From Podarcis tiliguerta (lineage: Eukaryota), in assembly GCA_965153285.1 (NCBI GenBank), contig OZ229115.1: DNA of 64,000 nucleotides; one strand, written 5' to 3'. The notes under the pieces are model-generated. The model was not told the origin of the DNA. It saw only the letters and a program-made list of their open reading frames with translations, and did not search any database. Positions 11,750 to 23,474 of the stretch are shown here, in pieces. Position numbers and translations under genes: made by a program. Numbering within the stretch: position 1 is the stretch's first letter; every line of letters starts with the position of its first letter.

Positions 11750-13567
11750 CCATGTGAATCATGTTTTTCCCTTCTCTCTCCACCCCACCCATTTTGTGTG
11801 TGTGGAGAGCAGGTCTTTTAGGAACTTCCATGACCCAGATTTTATTTCTGCTAGTAATAAATTTATCACCTGCCCTTCACCAGCAGCTCCCAGAATTAAT
11901 TCAGAATGAGAAGCAGTTAAAACATGTCACAAAAATAATAAAAATAAATAAATGCACACACTATACGTCCTGCAGAGGATTATGATGTTGATGTATTTTT
12001 TTTTATTTGCTCTTAGAACCCTAGGGACAAACCAGCTAGCTTCCTGGTTCAGTATAGTCTTCTTAATATCACCTTTACAATACACTATGCCAGTATGAAT
12101 GTAATGGTTTGGCATTGCTGGCATGATGCTACAGTTGGAACAGCTGGTTTGTGACATCACAATTTGATAACTGCACCGGCATCGCAGAGGCATTAATGAA
12201 CACTGAAGAAAAGAGCAGGGTTCAGATCCTTCTCTCTTAATGGTTAGTTTGGGAAAATGGTAAACTGCTTGACTGATGAAGTCCTGATGTTCCTCGTCAT
12301 CAAATTTAAAACTACCTGCAAATTCAAAACTAATCTTTGTAATTTCTTGTAGTTTGGTAGTATTTTCAATTTGAATCCACAATGTACAAGTCACTGTTGC
12401 GTAAGTATTGCTTCTTGTTTTGCCTGCTTTCTGTGGTACCAGATTTACGAGTGGGTGGGTAGAGTAAGATTATTGGTAGAATTTGGGGTTAGTGCAAGGT
12501 AGTCATCAAACTCCATCCTGGTTCTGGCGTCATACATCTACAATAGTTGAGTCCCCGCCCCCCACATTTATTCAGATGCCCTCTTCCCCTCCAGGCAGGT
12601 CTGCTATAGCGATCTGTGCAGTTGGAGAGCATTTCTTTTCATACTGGCCTCAGCTGGCAGGACTAGAGAGCGATTGACAAGCCAGAGCAGTGTGCTAAAT
12701 GAATGAGTTTTATTCAGTGTATAGCAGCTTCATACTTTCCTATGGTTTGTGATGTTTGGAAAACTATAGTACATTTCAGACTAGAGACCTCAAATCAAAA
12801 TTCCAGGGCAGGCCTCTTGTCAGAGTTCACTTCTGCTGAAAGTTTGTTTAGGAACTACAATAATTGGGCTCCTACTACTCTTCCTGAAGTACCTTTTACA
12901 CACATCTATTGTCACAGGTCATAAAATCTATATTGGTAAAGTAGTAACATTGAAACTGGTCCCTGGTTTTGTCTGTCTTTAAAGTTGGTATGTTAAAATG
13001 GAAAACACTGCTGTCATGGCAAGTCTGATGAAGATTTTTTTACATTGCCAGAAAACCCAAGTTTAGCTCTGATGGTCTAATTATGTATTAAGGCAGTAAA
13101 GAGATACCAGTTGGGGGATCCAGGAAGTTTTTTTGTTTACTGTTGTGCTGCTTCTGTCTTTTTCTATCATTTTTCAGAGAAGCACCTGATCTTGAGTGAC
13201 TCAGTATTGGTTTTGGGCTGTGGTGAAAGTACCATAAAGCTGTGAGGCTGCAATCCAATACATATATTAGCAGATGTGTAGTCGCTGTGGCTCTCCAGAT
13301 GTTTCTGGACTCCAATTCCTATAAGCCCAGCCGGTAAAACGAAAGATTGGTGATGACAGGAATTATAGTCCAATAACAGCTTGGAGGGCTACAGCTGTCC
13401 CAGCTCTGGGCTCTAGGATTGCAGCCATAATTAATTTACTAAGTTCTGCCGATTCGTTGATTATGCTAAGCTTTTTTTATGTGATATGATCGTGATAGGG
13501 AGGCTGTGTCTGCCTGAACATGCCACCCAGAGATTGACTTAACAAAGCATTGCATAGCACTGTGCTA

Positions 13568-13658
13568 CATAGCTGTTAACATTTCCCATTTTTTTAAGGG
13601 AAATTCCCTTATTCCGAATAGGATTCCTGTCAAGAAAAGGTAAAAGTTGATAGCTATG
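13568..13658. mobile_element. 91-bp hAT mini-MITE
   Basis: TIR catagctgttaacatttccc / ggtaaaagttgatagctatg; perfect 8-bp TSD ctgtgcta. Confidence 0.85.
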
Positions 13659-13901
13659 CTGTGCTACTAATTGCACCTTCCTGCTTAACTTTGCTCACCT
13701 TTTGAATAAGTTTCTTTTCCTTGGCAGGATGCCACCTGGCTGCTTTTTGTATTCCAAGAATGTCTTACAGCTGGGGAGCGGGTTCAGGAAAAGGCATCTG
13801 TTTCACACCACAGAAACATTTATGATATTTTTAACAAAGGATGATATGCAGGAGGTCATATAACGAGGCCGCCCAATGGATTGTAAAAGGACTCTCCAAG
13901 T

Positions 13902-14696
13902 ATGATGGCTACAGAATCTGGCTTGGCCCTGGGCACATTGGCCTTTGCTTTCTTTGTACCGCTGTCGGTGGCTTCTCATGAAGCAGTGACCATTCCCGAA
14001 GCCCTGATGACGGCTTCGGGAAGAGTTATAGTCAGTTCCACAAGCTGCAGCGTCACCTGTGGGCTGGGTTACAAGGAAGAAGAGTCATGTGAGATTAGGC
14101 CTGATGGGCAAAGGAGAGGCTGCAAACGACGGAAGGTGGACTGTTTGAACAGTTGGATCTGTGGGATGCGGCACTTCACCGCTCTGGTGGGCAGGCCGTT
14201 CGAGATCAGCTGCCTAACCACTGCGGAGATAGGTCCCGACACCCAGAGCTTCAGCTACACATGGAGGCTGGCCCGAGGCATCATCACAACAGACGATACT
14301 CTCTTTGCCCCTTTCAAGAATCCTGGCTTTGTTATTAAGCTTTACCCCGCTGAGGAATACGATGCGGGGACGTACAGGTGCGATGTGCAGTTCATGAAAA
14401 ACTACAAGGTTGTCAAGAGAATCTACTTTGGACTTCGCGTGATCCCTGGCGACATGGTGGATTTGAATTTTGACAAATCCTTAATGCTGGAACAGCAATC
14501 AGAAAGTGAAAATAACCAACAGAATGCCACCAGCATGCCAGCTCAGGGTCGGTGGGGCTCTTGGCGTCAGAGGGCTGTGCTTGTGTTTCTGGTTGGCATT
14601 GGAAGCGGCTTGGTGCTCGGGGCTGTGCTGCACAGCCTTCTCTACTGTGTCCTGTGCCCCAACCCCCATGAAAACGATGAAGGTGATGGGGAATGA
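13902..14696 (+). CDS. TMEM81: Transmembrane protein 81 (sperm Ig-domain protein of the IZUMO1-SPACA6-TMEM81 complex), single coding exon, 264 aa
   Basis: Signal peptide, CSVTCGLGYKEE hairpin, Ig-like domain (YTWRLARG...EYDAGTYRCDVQ...KRIYFGLRV), C-terminal TM helix; lies between RBBP5 and CNTN2 as in mammals. Confidence 0.95.
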   Translation: MMATESGLALGTLAFAFFVPLSVASHEAVTIPEALMTASGRVIVSSTSCSVTCGLGYKEEESCEIRPDGQRRGCKRRKVDCLNSWICGMRHFTALVGRPFEISCLTTAEIGPDTQSFSYTWRLARGIITTDDTLFAPFKNPGFVIKLYPAEEYDAGTYRCDVQFMKNYKVVKRIYFGLRVIPGDMVDLNFDKSLMLEQQSESENNQQNATSMPAQGRWGSWRQRAVLVFLVGIGSGLVLGAVLHSLLYCVLCPNPHENDEGDGE

Positions 14697-14838
14697 GATG
14701 TGCTGTTTTGTAGACTTGCTATATTAGATTGCTCTTGTACACCGCAATTTCACTATGTTAATCTTATCACTTCAGGCTTATGAAGATCATTTGGTGACGT
14801 TAATCATAAACATAGTTCCATTTGATTTATTAGACAGT

Positions 14839-14844
14839 AATAAA
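14839..14844 (+). terminator. Probable TMEM81 poly(A) signal
   Basis: AATAAA about 140 nt after the stop codon. Confidence 0.6.
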
Positions 14845-14875
14845 ATTCCATCCTGTGCCTTAATGGTAAAAGGTT

Positions 14876-15217
14876 AAGTGTGGGGAAACTGTTTTCTGCC
14901 CACAGGCCACATTTTCTCATAGACAATGGTCAGGGGGCCACATGACGATGGTGGGTGGGGCCAGAGGGAAAAGTGGGTAGGACAAAGGATGAGACTCTTA
15001 CAGTAGGCTGCATTCCAGCTACGAGAAAGCCAGAGGTTTCTACACTTGCCCACATAACAAACCAACCTCTCCAAAATGCAAGAGGTATCAGAGTTCATGG
15101 ACATATGCCATGCAGGAATAAGCACTCGAGGAGGATACTGGGCAGGGGGCCTGCAAGGGGCATGGCCTAGATAGAGAGCCACACATGGCCTTCAAGTCTG
15201 AGGTGCCCAACCGCTGG
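14876..15217. mobile_element. Degenerate hAT-Charlie-like MITE
   Basis: Ends gtggggaaac...ggccaca and gccacac...gaggtgcccaaccgctg. Confidence 0.45.
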
Positions 15218-16274
15218 TTTGAAGCCAAAACCTCTGAAAGGTAGTGCAAAATCTGGGAATGTGTAACAGCTAGTGGGTTCTGTGGTAAGAGTACATGGTT
15301 TGCCTGAGCTACACTACTGCCTTGGTGGGTGAGCAGTTGACATTCTCTTGGGAATAATACCTGAGAATTTGACGGATGTTCCTTTCCTGTAAGGTGGGTT
15401 CCTTGGCCAAATTCATGACAGGTTCTTTCTATGACAAGTGGGCCTCAGTGTGACAGGGAGCTAAGTGGTCCAGACATGCAGACGATGACACCTTAAAAGG
15501 GAAAAACCTAATGTTTTCTTCTTATTGGCTCCTAATAAATTTCGGCATTAGCTTGTAGGTTTTTTTTTTAATTTCTCATGAAAATTCTGTATGGTTCCCA
15601 TGCAAATTTCTCACGATAGACACATATTTGCTAACAAATTTCCCTAATAGCATGCATTGAATGTTATTTTTCACTAAGCTAATGTGTTTCTATACACAGG
15701 CTCTCCTGTACACACATTTTTGCACACGTTATTTGGTTGGAAAACTCCCAACACAAAATTCAGAGAAGTCCAAATTTCAGAGAGGAGCTGTGCTTTTGTT
15801 TGGCTGTTTTGGGAAGTGTGAATCAGGTAGGTTTGCATTAAAATCCCAACCAAACTTCTCCTTCCATCCCTCCCAGCATAGTTCAGACAATTTGAACCGC
15901 CTTTCCACCCCTGAGGGCATAATTGAAATTTAGGGGAGTACTGCACCCCCTGAAAAAAAATTGCATAGTGTATCTATGCATTTGCACAATTTCCCATGGT
16001 TGCCATCTCAGAGATTTCCCCAACATTTCAATACAGGATGGTATATTTGCCAGGGTGGGTGGTGGCTATGTTTCAGCTTAACAAAGACCCCACCCCCACT
16101 CTTACCCTGATTGCCTTCCTTTGTCCAGCTAGTGGGGATATCAGCACTGTCTTTATTTTTTCTGGCTCACACTTCCAACCTCTTGCTCAAATCATTCCCA
16201 ACTTCTGGTTGGAAGAAATACACGTTTGGAAATAAGTCACAACGGAGATGTTCACTGAAGTCTTTTTGAAGATC

Positions 16275-16280
16275 TTTATT
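16275..16280 (-). terminator. Candidate distal CNTN2 poly(A) signal (others at 18713-18718, 18908-18913, 22974-22979)
   Basis: AATAAA on the minus strand with upstream UGUA-containing, AU-rich sequence. Confidence 0.45.
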
Positions 16281-18239
16281 TAAGAACTGCGTGCTACTGT
16301 AGTCAATAAGTAACATTAATCATAATCTGCTTACAATGCTTGGGGGCTTTTTTTTAGTTGTTCTATTCATTTCTTTAAAAAAATAGTGTACAACAAAATT
16401 ACTGAGAATGTACTTCCACCATCCCCATTTCCTGTACAATGAAACTGGAATAGAAGAGGCAAAGGAGAGTTCTTGAAGATAGTGTAAGGTTTTCAAGTTA
16501 AGTGCGAGGAAGCCAGACCCCAGATTAGTGATTAGGCAAAGCCACAAGAAAAATGTCTTCCATGGGTGGCCAATGTGGTCCCCTCACTTGATGCTGTGAA
16601 CTGCAACTCTCATCAATCACCCAGGGCCACTGGCAGTGCTGGTTGGGTTTGCTGAGGGCAGCAGTCCACACCTTGAGGCCACCACATGGGCTGCTCCTGC
16701 TGTGGTCAGTATCAAAAGCTTGGGAGTCCACATCAGTTGTGTCATTGTGATGTGGCTTTGGTGAGCTCCACTACAATCTATAGAGTTAGACTCCAGCTCC
16801 CATCATCCCTAGCAAGCTTGGCCAGTGATTAGAAATGACAGGAGTTGTAGTCCAAAACACCTGGAGAATGCTAGCTTGGGGGAGGCCACAGACTACATTC
16901 AGCTTGTGTTAAGTTAATGGCCATGTTACCTGGAATGGGCACATCCTTCCCTTTCCATACATGGTCTTTGGAACAAGTGAAGGACCACGTGCTGTTGCAG
17001 TTACCTTAGGCCACTGGGTTGCTTCAAAACAGAGAAAGCAGGAATCCTTCCAAACAAAACCATACCATGCATACCACAGAACACATCAATGACATCCCTG
17101 ACCTTGCTTGACCTTCATGCTCAAATCAGATGGAGAAAACCTTACTACCATCAGTGGATGAAAGCAGTGAAAGGCAGGCAGGCAAAACACGTTATTTGTG
17201 AAAAATAAAAATGCCGGTCTAAGTGTGGATAAAAAAAATGAAAATGAAAAACAGTGTGGATCATGCCTTAGTGAATTATTGTACTTAGCAGTCAAACTAA
17301 TCAAACCATGCTGTGTAATGGACACAGCTATAATGGGGAAGATATATATGTATATTTATATATATCTTGGGGATATATATAAAGGGGAAAGTTGTATTGT
17401 ATTCTGGTATTCAGTTCCTAACAGCCCTGATCCAGGGAATCTCAACTGCAAGAGGAGAATACAGAACTGCGGCAGCATTCAGGAAGCTGTTCCCTGCACA
17501 CCCACAATGTGACCAGCACTGATCTCCCACTAGGTGACTGGCAGGAGGGGCACTGAGCCTAAGGTGGGCACTTGCTTCTCTCTGATGAAAGTAGGGATGG
17601 GGAACCCATGGCTTTTTAGATATTGTTGGACTATACCTCCCATCATACCCGATTATTGACCATGCTGGGAGATGGAGTCTAATAACCCCAAGAGGGCCAC
17701 AGCCTTCCCACCACTGGAACAATCCTTGGCATTACTAGTGATGCCAAGCTGCATGGGGGAAACCTCTGTAGGTCCAGAGTGCAGATTTGTCAATGTCATG
17801 GGAAAATGCTTAAGGGTGGGCAGGCTTCAGTTTTGCAGTATCCACTTTTTGGATTGGGAGGGAAAGGAGCAAAGGACATACACTTGCAGCGTATTGCTAC
17901 GCAAATTTGCTCGGAGGCAGATATGTACCAGATAGGAGCTTCAGGACTGAATAAAGTAAAATATATTAAAATGAAAGCAGCAATACGAAAACCCACAAAT
18001 CCACACCTGAATACAAGCTCATAGATGACAGTTTGGGGAACCCCTGATCTAGCTTCAGTCTTTTCACTAACACTGTAAAGTAAGCCAGCATTATTGCAGG
18101 TATAGACTGAGAGTAGACCACCTAAGACAACACAATGAGTTAATGACAGAGATTTGATTCAAACCATGGACTTCATAGGTCCCTTTAGCCACTATGTTTA
18201 CCTCCAGCTCTCTGGGACCCAGAAATCTTTGCCAATCTA

Positions 18240-18610
18240 GGTAAAGGTAAAAGACCCCCGGATGGTTAAGTCCAGTCAAAGGCAACTGGGGTTGCGTTGC
18301 TAATCTCGCTTTCAGGCTGAGGGAGCTGGCGTTTATCCACAGACAGTTTTCCCGGTCATGTGGCCAGCATGACTAATCAGCTTCTGGTGCAACGGAACAC
18401 TGACGGGAACCAGAGCACACAAAAATGCCGTTTACCTTCCCACCGCAGCGGTACCTATTTATCTACTTGCACTGGCGTGCTTTTGAACTGCTAGGTTGGC
18501 AGAAGCAGAGCAATGGGAGCTCACCCCGCCACGGGGATTCGAACCGCCGACCTTCCAATCGGCAAGCCCAAGAGGCTCAGTGGTTTAGACCACAGCGCCA
18601 CCCATGTCCC
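18240..18610 (-). mobile_element. Sauria SINE, full length
   Basis: 5' gggacatgggtggcgctgtggtctaaacc, B-box ggttcgaatccc, (acctt)n-like tail; TSD aatcta. Confidence 0.92.
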
Positions 18611-19599
18611 AATCTACTGCAAGTCCTCAAGACAGCTATCAGTAGATGCCTCTCTACTGTTCGCTTGCCTGAAAACACTGATACAGTATAAAACCTGAAT
18701 GTGTACTGCAGTTTTATTTATACATGGTAAGTTGGAGTATGAATGTAAATGTAACAAAAAGAATATATTTCAATGCATGAGAAGAAATAACACAAATTCA
18801 AAAACAAATGCACATATAAATATACATACATACATACACACGTAATTTCACAGGGCTATTTATCATACATCCTAATAGTGTCTCACTTTTATATTTTAAA
18901 ACACTGCTTTATTTTAAACAGCAAGTCTGAAGTCTAGAGTGACACTCATGGAAAAAAGTCAACTGGTATCCTTTCCAATCAATGTGTCACAGGTGAATTT
19001 TGCCAGTAATATGTCAGGGATGCAGTTCAGCATGAAGATACCTGCCCTGAGCCCCACCTGAGCCCAAGGAAATGTTAACATTTGCAAAGTGTCTCTGGCA
19101 TGCCCAGTTCTATCCCATTCTATGCACATTACATAAACTATAACAAACTGTTTCATTAGCACAGCTATAGGCATGAAGTTCTCCACAGGGTTCAGCCTCG
19201 TTTGAAGCCGAGCGGAATTGGAAGTATTCTAGATTGCATGCTGGAATACAACAAGGATGTCTTTTTTTGCTCTGGAGAAATTCCCTCATTCTAAAATACA
19301 GCCTACCAAAACACACTGATGCACTGCACAAATGCCTACCTTGCATGCTTTTAGATAAGGGCATGAAACACTCTTATATGGCCCACGCAGGGGACATGGT
19401 TTGCCTCTCCCTTTTTGCCTGTGTTGAACAAAATCTCCCGCTTGCTTTTCTATACACCCTGACTTGAGTTTGCACACTGCTGTCAAAATACTCCTTCAGG
19501 TCAACAGGAGAGAAGAACTGCAACAAAACAATATATGCAACTGAAAAGTACAATAACATTTTCGTAGCAATTTGGAGTCCTCAAAGTGCTCCTCGTACA

Positions 19600-19800
19600 T
19601 GATCTCAGAGATCCTTACAAATCATCCTGAAAGGCAAATCAGTATTATTATCACACCCCCTATTACAGATGAGGCACTGAGGTTGAGTGATAGCGGCTTG
19701 TCTAAGGCCACCTACTGCATCCATGGCAGAGGCAAGCTGTGAATCAAGGAACTCTTGGTTTACAGGTCATGTCTCTTAGCCAATCACAACGCCGTGTTAG
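19600..19800 (-). mobile_element. MIR/CORE-type SINE remnant
   Basis: Core-like attattatc...ttacagatgaggcactgagg...cttgtctaaggccac. Confidence 0.6.
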
Positions 19801-22800
19801 CTCCCAAAGAAATAGCTTCCAGCTAGAGATAGGCAGATCTGTCTATTTCCAGTCTCTGTCAGTTTCTCACATGTTCGTTCACAAATCTATCACTTCCTGC
19901 TTTATCAATCTGCAATTTATTAAAAATCAATACAGAAATTAATATTTAAATATTTAAATATGTATTTTTATTACAAAAATCATATTTAAATGTGTATTTC
20001 ATATCCATGTGTGCATTTCTAAATCTACTTTAACCTTAAAAAACACTTATTATTATTTTTACACATTTTGGTATGTATTTTGGGCCAAGAAGTGCAAAAT
20101 CGAAGGTCAACTATGGTCCAATCCAGGTATTAGGCATATATTAGCCTGGGAGATGCAAATAAGGTCAGTCTGCTTAAAAATGTGCTCTTTCATCCCCACT
20201 TCCAACAGTCCAGTGCCAGCTGGAGGATACCTTCAACACTTTCTTCTGTTAGGATAAAGATTTTTTGTTTGTTTGTTTTTTAAGAAGGCAGCTTGGTTGG
20301 CACCCACCCACCCCTTAGATGGAGGAGAGAACAACCAAGGGTGTCCCTGGGAAAGAGCAGAAGAGGAATGAGATACAACTAGCTTAACACCAAGGTGGAA
20401 CTCCTTGGCCAAGGAGGTAGGGCCTAGGCCCTGACTGGATTCATAGACACCCCACCTTAGTGAAGAAAAAAGGCCTTTTCATGCCCTTGAAAAGAGACAA
20501 GGCTACACCCCATCAAACTCAACAGAGATGAGCAGAGCAACAAGATGTATCCCGCCAGTGGCCGTTTTTAATAGAATGCAAATGTAAAACTATTGGCATC
20601 GCACTTATACACAATGCTGGTAAAGTTACTCTACAGTTTTTAGGTTTTCCACATTACCAAAGTAGAGCAGACTATGTTGAAGGGGTGATATAAGACCACT
20701 GGAAAACAGGTTTCTGTGCCCTTTTCAGTTTGCATCTTGTTTAAGCATCAAAATATCAAGGCTCAGTTTTTCAAACACCACTTGGCCCTCTCTGCCCAGG
20801 TTGTCAGGAGAACTCGGCATGCTGGGGGAGCACTTCCTTTTCCATCCCATGTTATATTACCTCTCACTGTTGAGGACAGGTATGATGAACCTGTGGCCCT
20901 CCAGATGTTGATGAACTTCAACTCCCATCATCAGTAATCAGCATGGCCAATGGTCAGGGATGATGGTAGTCCAGCAGCATCTGGAGAACCAAAGATACTC
21001 TGAACGCTGCCACCAGTATTTAATTTCTGGAAGAGCAAAATGGTGGAACTCAAACTTGCCTGGAACCCACACCCTCTAATCAGATTCCACTCCATGGCTA
21101 TCTAGAGAGGTTAAGGTATGCTGCACATTTTCAAAGGCAACTTGGTTTGATCACTTGATAGGTTCCTGGTCCAAGTTCTAGCTTAATTTAAGCTTAGTAT
21201 ACCATAATGTGTCATGCAGAGATAACTCACACCTGATGCTTCTGAGTGACATATCTTGAGTAGCCACAGTTCAATGGTAGACCACATGAAGTAGGTCCCT
21301 AGTTCATTTCCCAGTATCTAGTTACAAACAATTTGGGAACAAACTTTGCTTCATAAGTTGGAGAGATTCCCTTAACGCCAACAAAACCTCTTAATGCCAA
21401 CCAATCTACCCCAAACAAGAAATATACCAAGCCTTCAATAAAAATAGAGCAAGAACTCTAAAATTCACATAAAATATACAAAACATAGCTATAACTTGCA
21501 TTGGAACAACAGAAGAGCTTCCATCAAAAGGGGAAGCTAGCACATAATTTAAGACTAACATTTCTAAAAAGGATGTAAATTATGGAGGACAATTCACATT
21601 CTATGTAGGTACCTTAGGACTGGAGCAGACACAATAAAATAGACTTGTAACGAACTAGCTTTCTCCTTTGAAGGTGAGTGAAATACCTATATTTACCCCC
21701 TTATTAGAGCTGATAATGGCTTGGGGAGACGCTGCCAGAGTTAATCACCACCTCTCCAGCCAACCGAGTAGCTACAGGGGTTGCTATCCACATCCATTCA
21801 ACACTGTGAAATATGAAGAACACCATCACCAAGGGGGAAAACACCATCATCAAGCCATTTCTGTATGTTTAAGATCTGAAGAAGTTGTCCAATCACTAAA
21901 AGAAGCAACCCCTGCACCTTAAACGTTTCCCTTCCCATCTGGCTGGGTAGCCCCAGTAAGCATCTGTCCTATTTTCTGAGATCAGGAAAGTACGATGGTG
22001 TTTTATAGTGCGTAACAGGATTCCTACACTAATCTTATTGGTTCGTTCTTACAAGCTGTTTGGGGAGCTGAAGTTTTCCCCCCTTCCTTAGTCTCCGAAA
22101 GATGTAAAGCACACTAAGAGAGATCAACCAGCTAAGAACAAACATTAAATCACTGAAGAACGTTCTGAGAAACAAAAGGTGTCTGTCAGCATTCTTATGT
22201 CTCAGTTCAGGCACTCGATTGATCTACTATTTAGTTCTGACAGTGATCAGTAGGCATTGAGAGGCATAACATTTCCAAATATTTATTGGTTTGGCAACCA
22301 CACATGACCTGAGAACTTTCCTACAGGTGGAAAGGCAAGACAACTTAATAGATTGAATTTGCTCTCAGGTCCAAGGCAGGTTAATGGAAGTTTGGACAGA
22401 TGATATTACTATGTAAAAGTGGAAAGAGGCTTCTGCAGTTACCACCTCCAGTCTACCGCATTCAAACGTCCTTTTAGACAGACCCTGAACCTTTCCCTCC
22501 TGACATAAAAGCTCCTCTGGTATCTCTTTCTCTTCAGAACACCTAGTGGAGTGGGGCAGGGGGAGGAGAAGGAAAGAAAACCAAAGGAAAATGCAAGAAC
22601 TGGTAAATGCATGTGTGTTGCGCCAAGTGTGGCAAAGCACCGAAGATTACAAGCAGCACATACTGGGTGGAAGCCACATGGCAAGGCAACTTAATGTTTT
22701 TGGTTCCACCCGTGAGCCTCAATTTTCTACTTCTGGCAACCCATTCACAAAGCTCTGCTTGCTTCTTCTAAAGTCTGGGGTGGGAAATGCTTGTCCATCA

Positions 22801-23364
22801 CCATTAGCTTTCTCCACTTCAGTTGGTTGCCATGAAAGGCAGTGATTAGACTAATGCTGCCACTCAGTGAGTTCTCCTTCATCTCTGAACCCAAGAGTCG
22901 TCAGTTCAATACTGGCTGGAATGATACAGAGCATGCTCGTCTCTTTGAAAACCTCTCCTCAAAAGATACTGCGTTTATTCTGTAATTTAAAAAAAGAAAG
23001 AAAGAAAACAAGGTTCAAGATTGAGTTTTAAGAGTCCGTTTCCTTCTGTACATGGCTTTGTAAGGCAGAAGAATCTACTGAATACAGTAATATGAGACAG
23101 CCAGTTTCCAGAATTCATATGAAATTCATCCTTTTGTTTCTTCAGTTAAAAAAAACCACTGACTGATTAAAGACTCGTGTCTTGTATGAAATATTCTATT
23201 TTCTAAAAAAAGAAAAAGGAAGAAAAGAGTATATATATATTTTTTTTCTCTTGAGTTCTTTTCTACTACTAGTTGTAGTAGAAATTTGTACTCCCAATGG
23301 TCAGTTGTTGATTTCTGGCTTGATGAGGAGGAATCCAACATCTCTCTTTAACAAGGGCTGGTTA

Positions 23365-23474
23365 TCAGAGCTCCAAGCAACCCATTAGTGCAGACAGAAT
23401 TAGTGAGTACATCAGAGCAACCACTGTATTTGCCACTGGACGGTCAGCAGAATTTTGCACCATCATACTGGTCC
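23365..23474 (-). CDS. CNTN2: CNTN2 last coding exon, GPI-anchor signal ([36 protein letters not shown])
   Basis: ttacag|; hydrophobic C-terminus ending LEL; TGA followed by TAA. Confidence 0.92.

Noticed and set aside
11927-12394. 155-aa minus-strand ORF
   Set aside because: Non-ATG start, no recognisable domain and no splice support.
6620-13825. RBBP5-TMEM81 fusion protein by splicing to 13728
   Set aside because: A phase-1 join is out of frame with TMEM81 and stops at 13823-13825.
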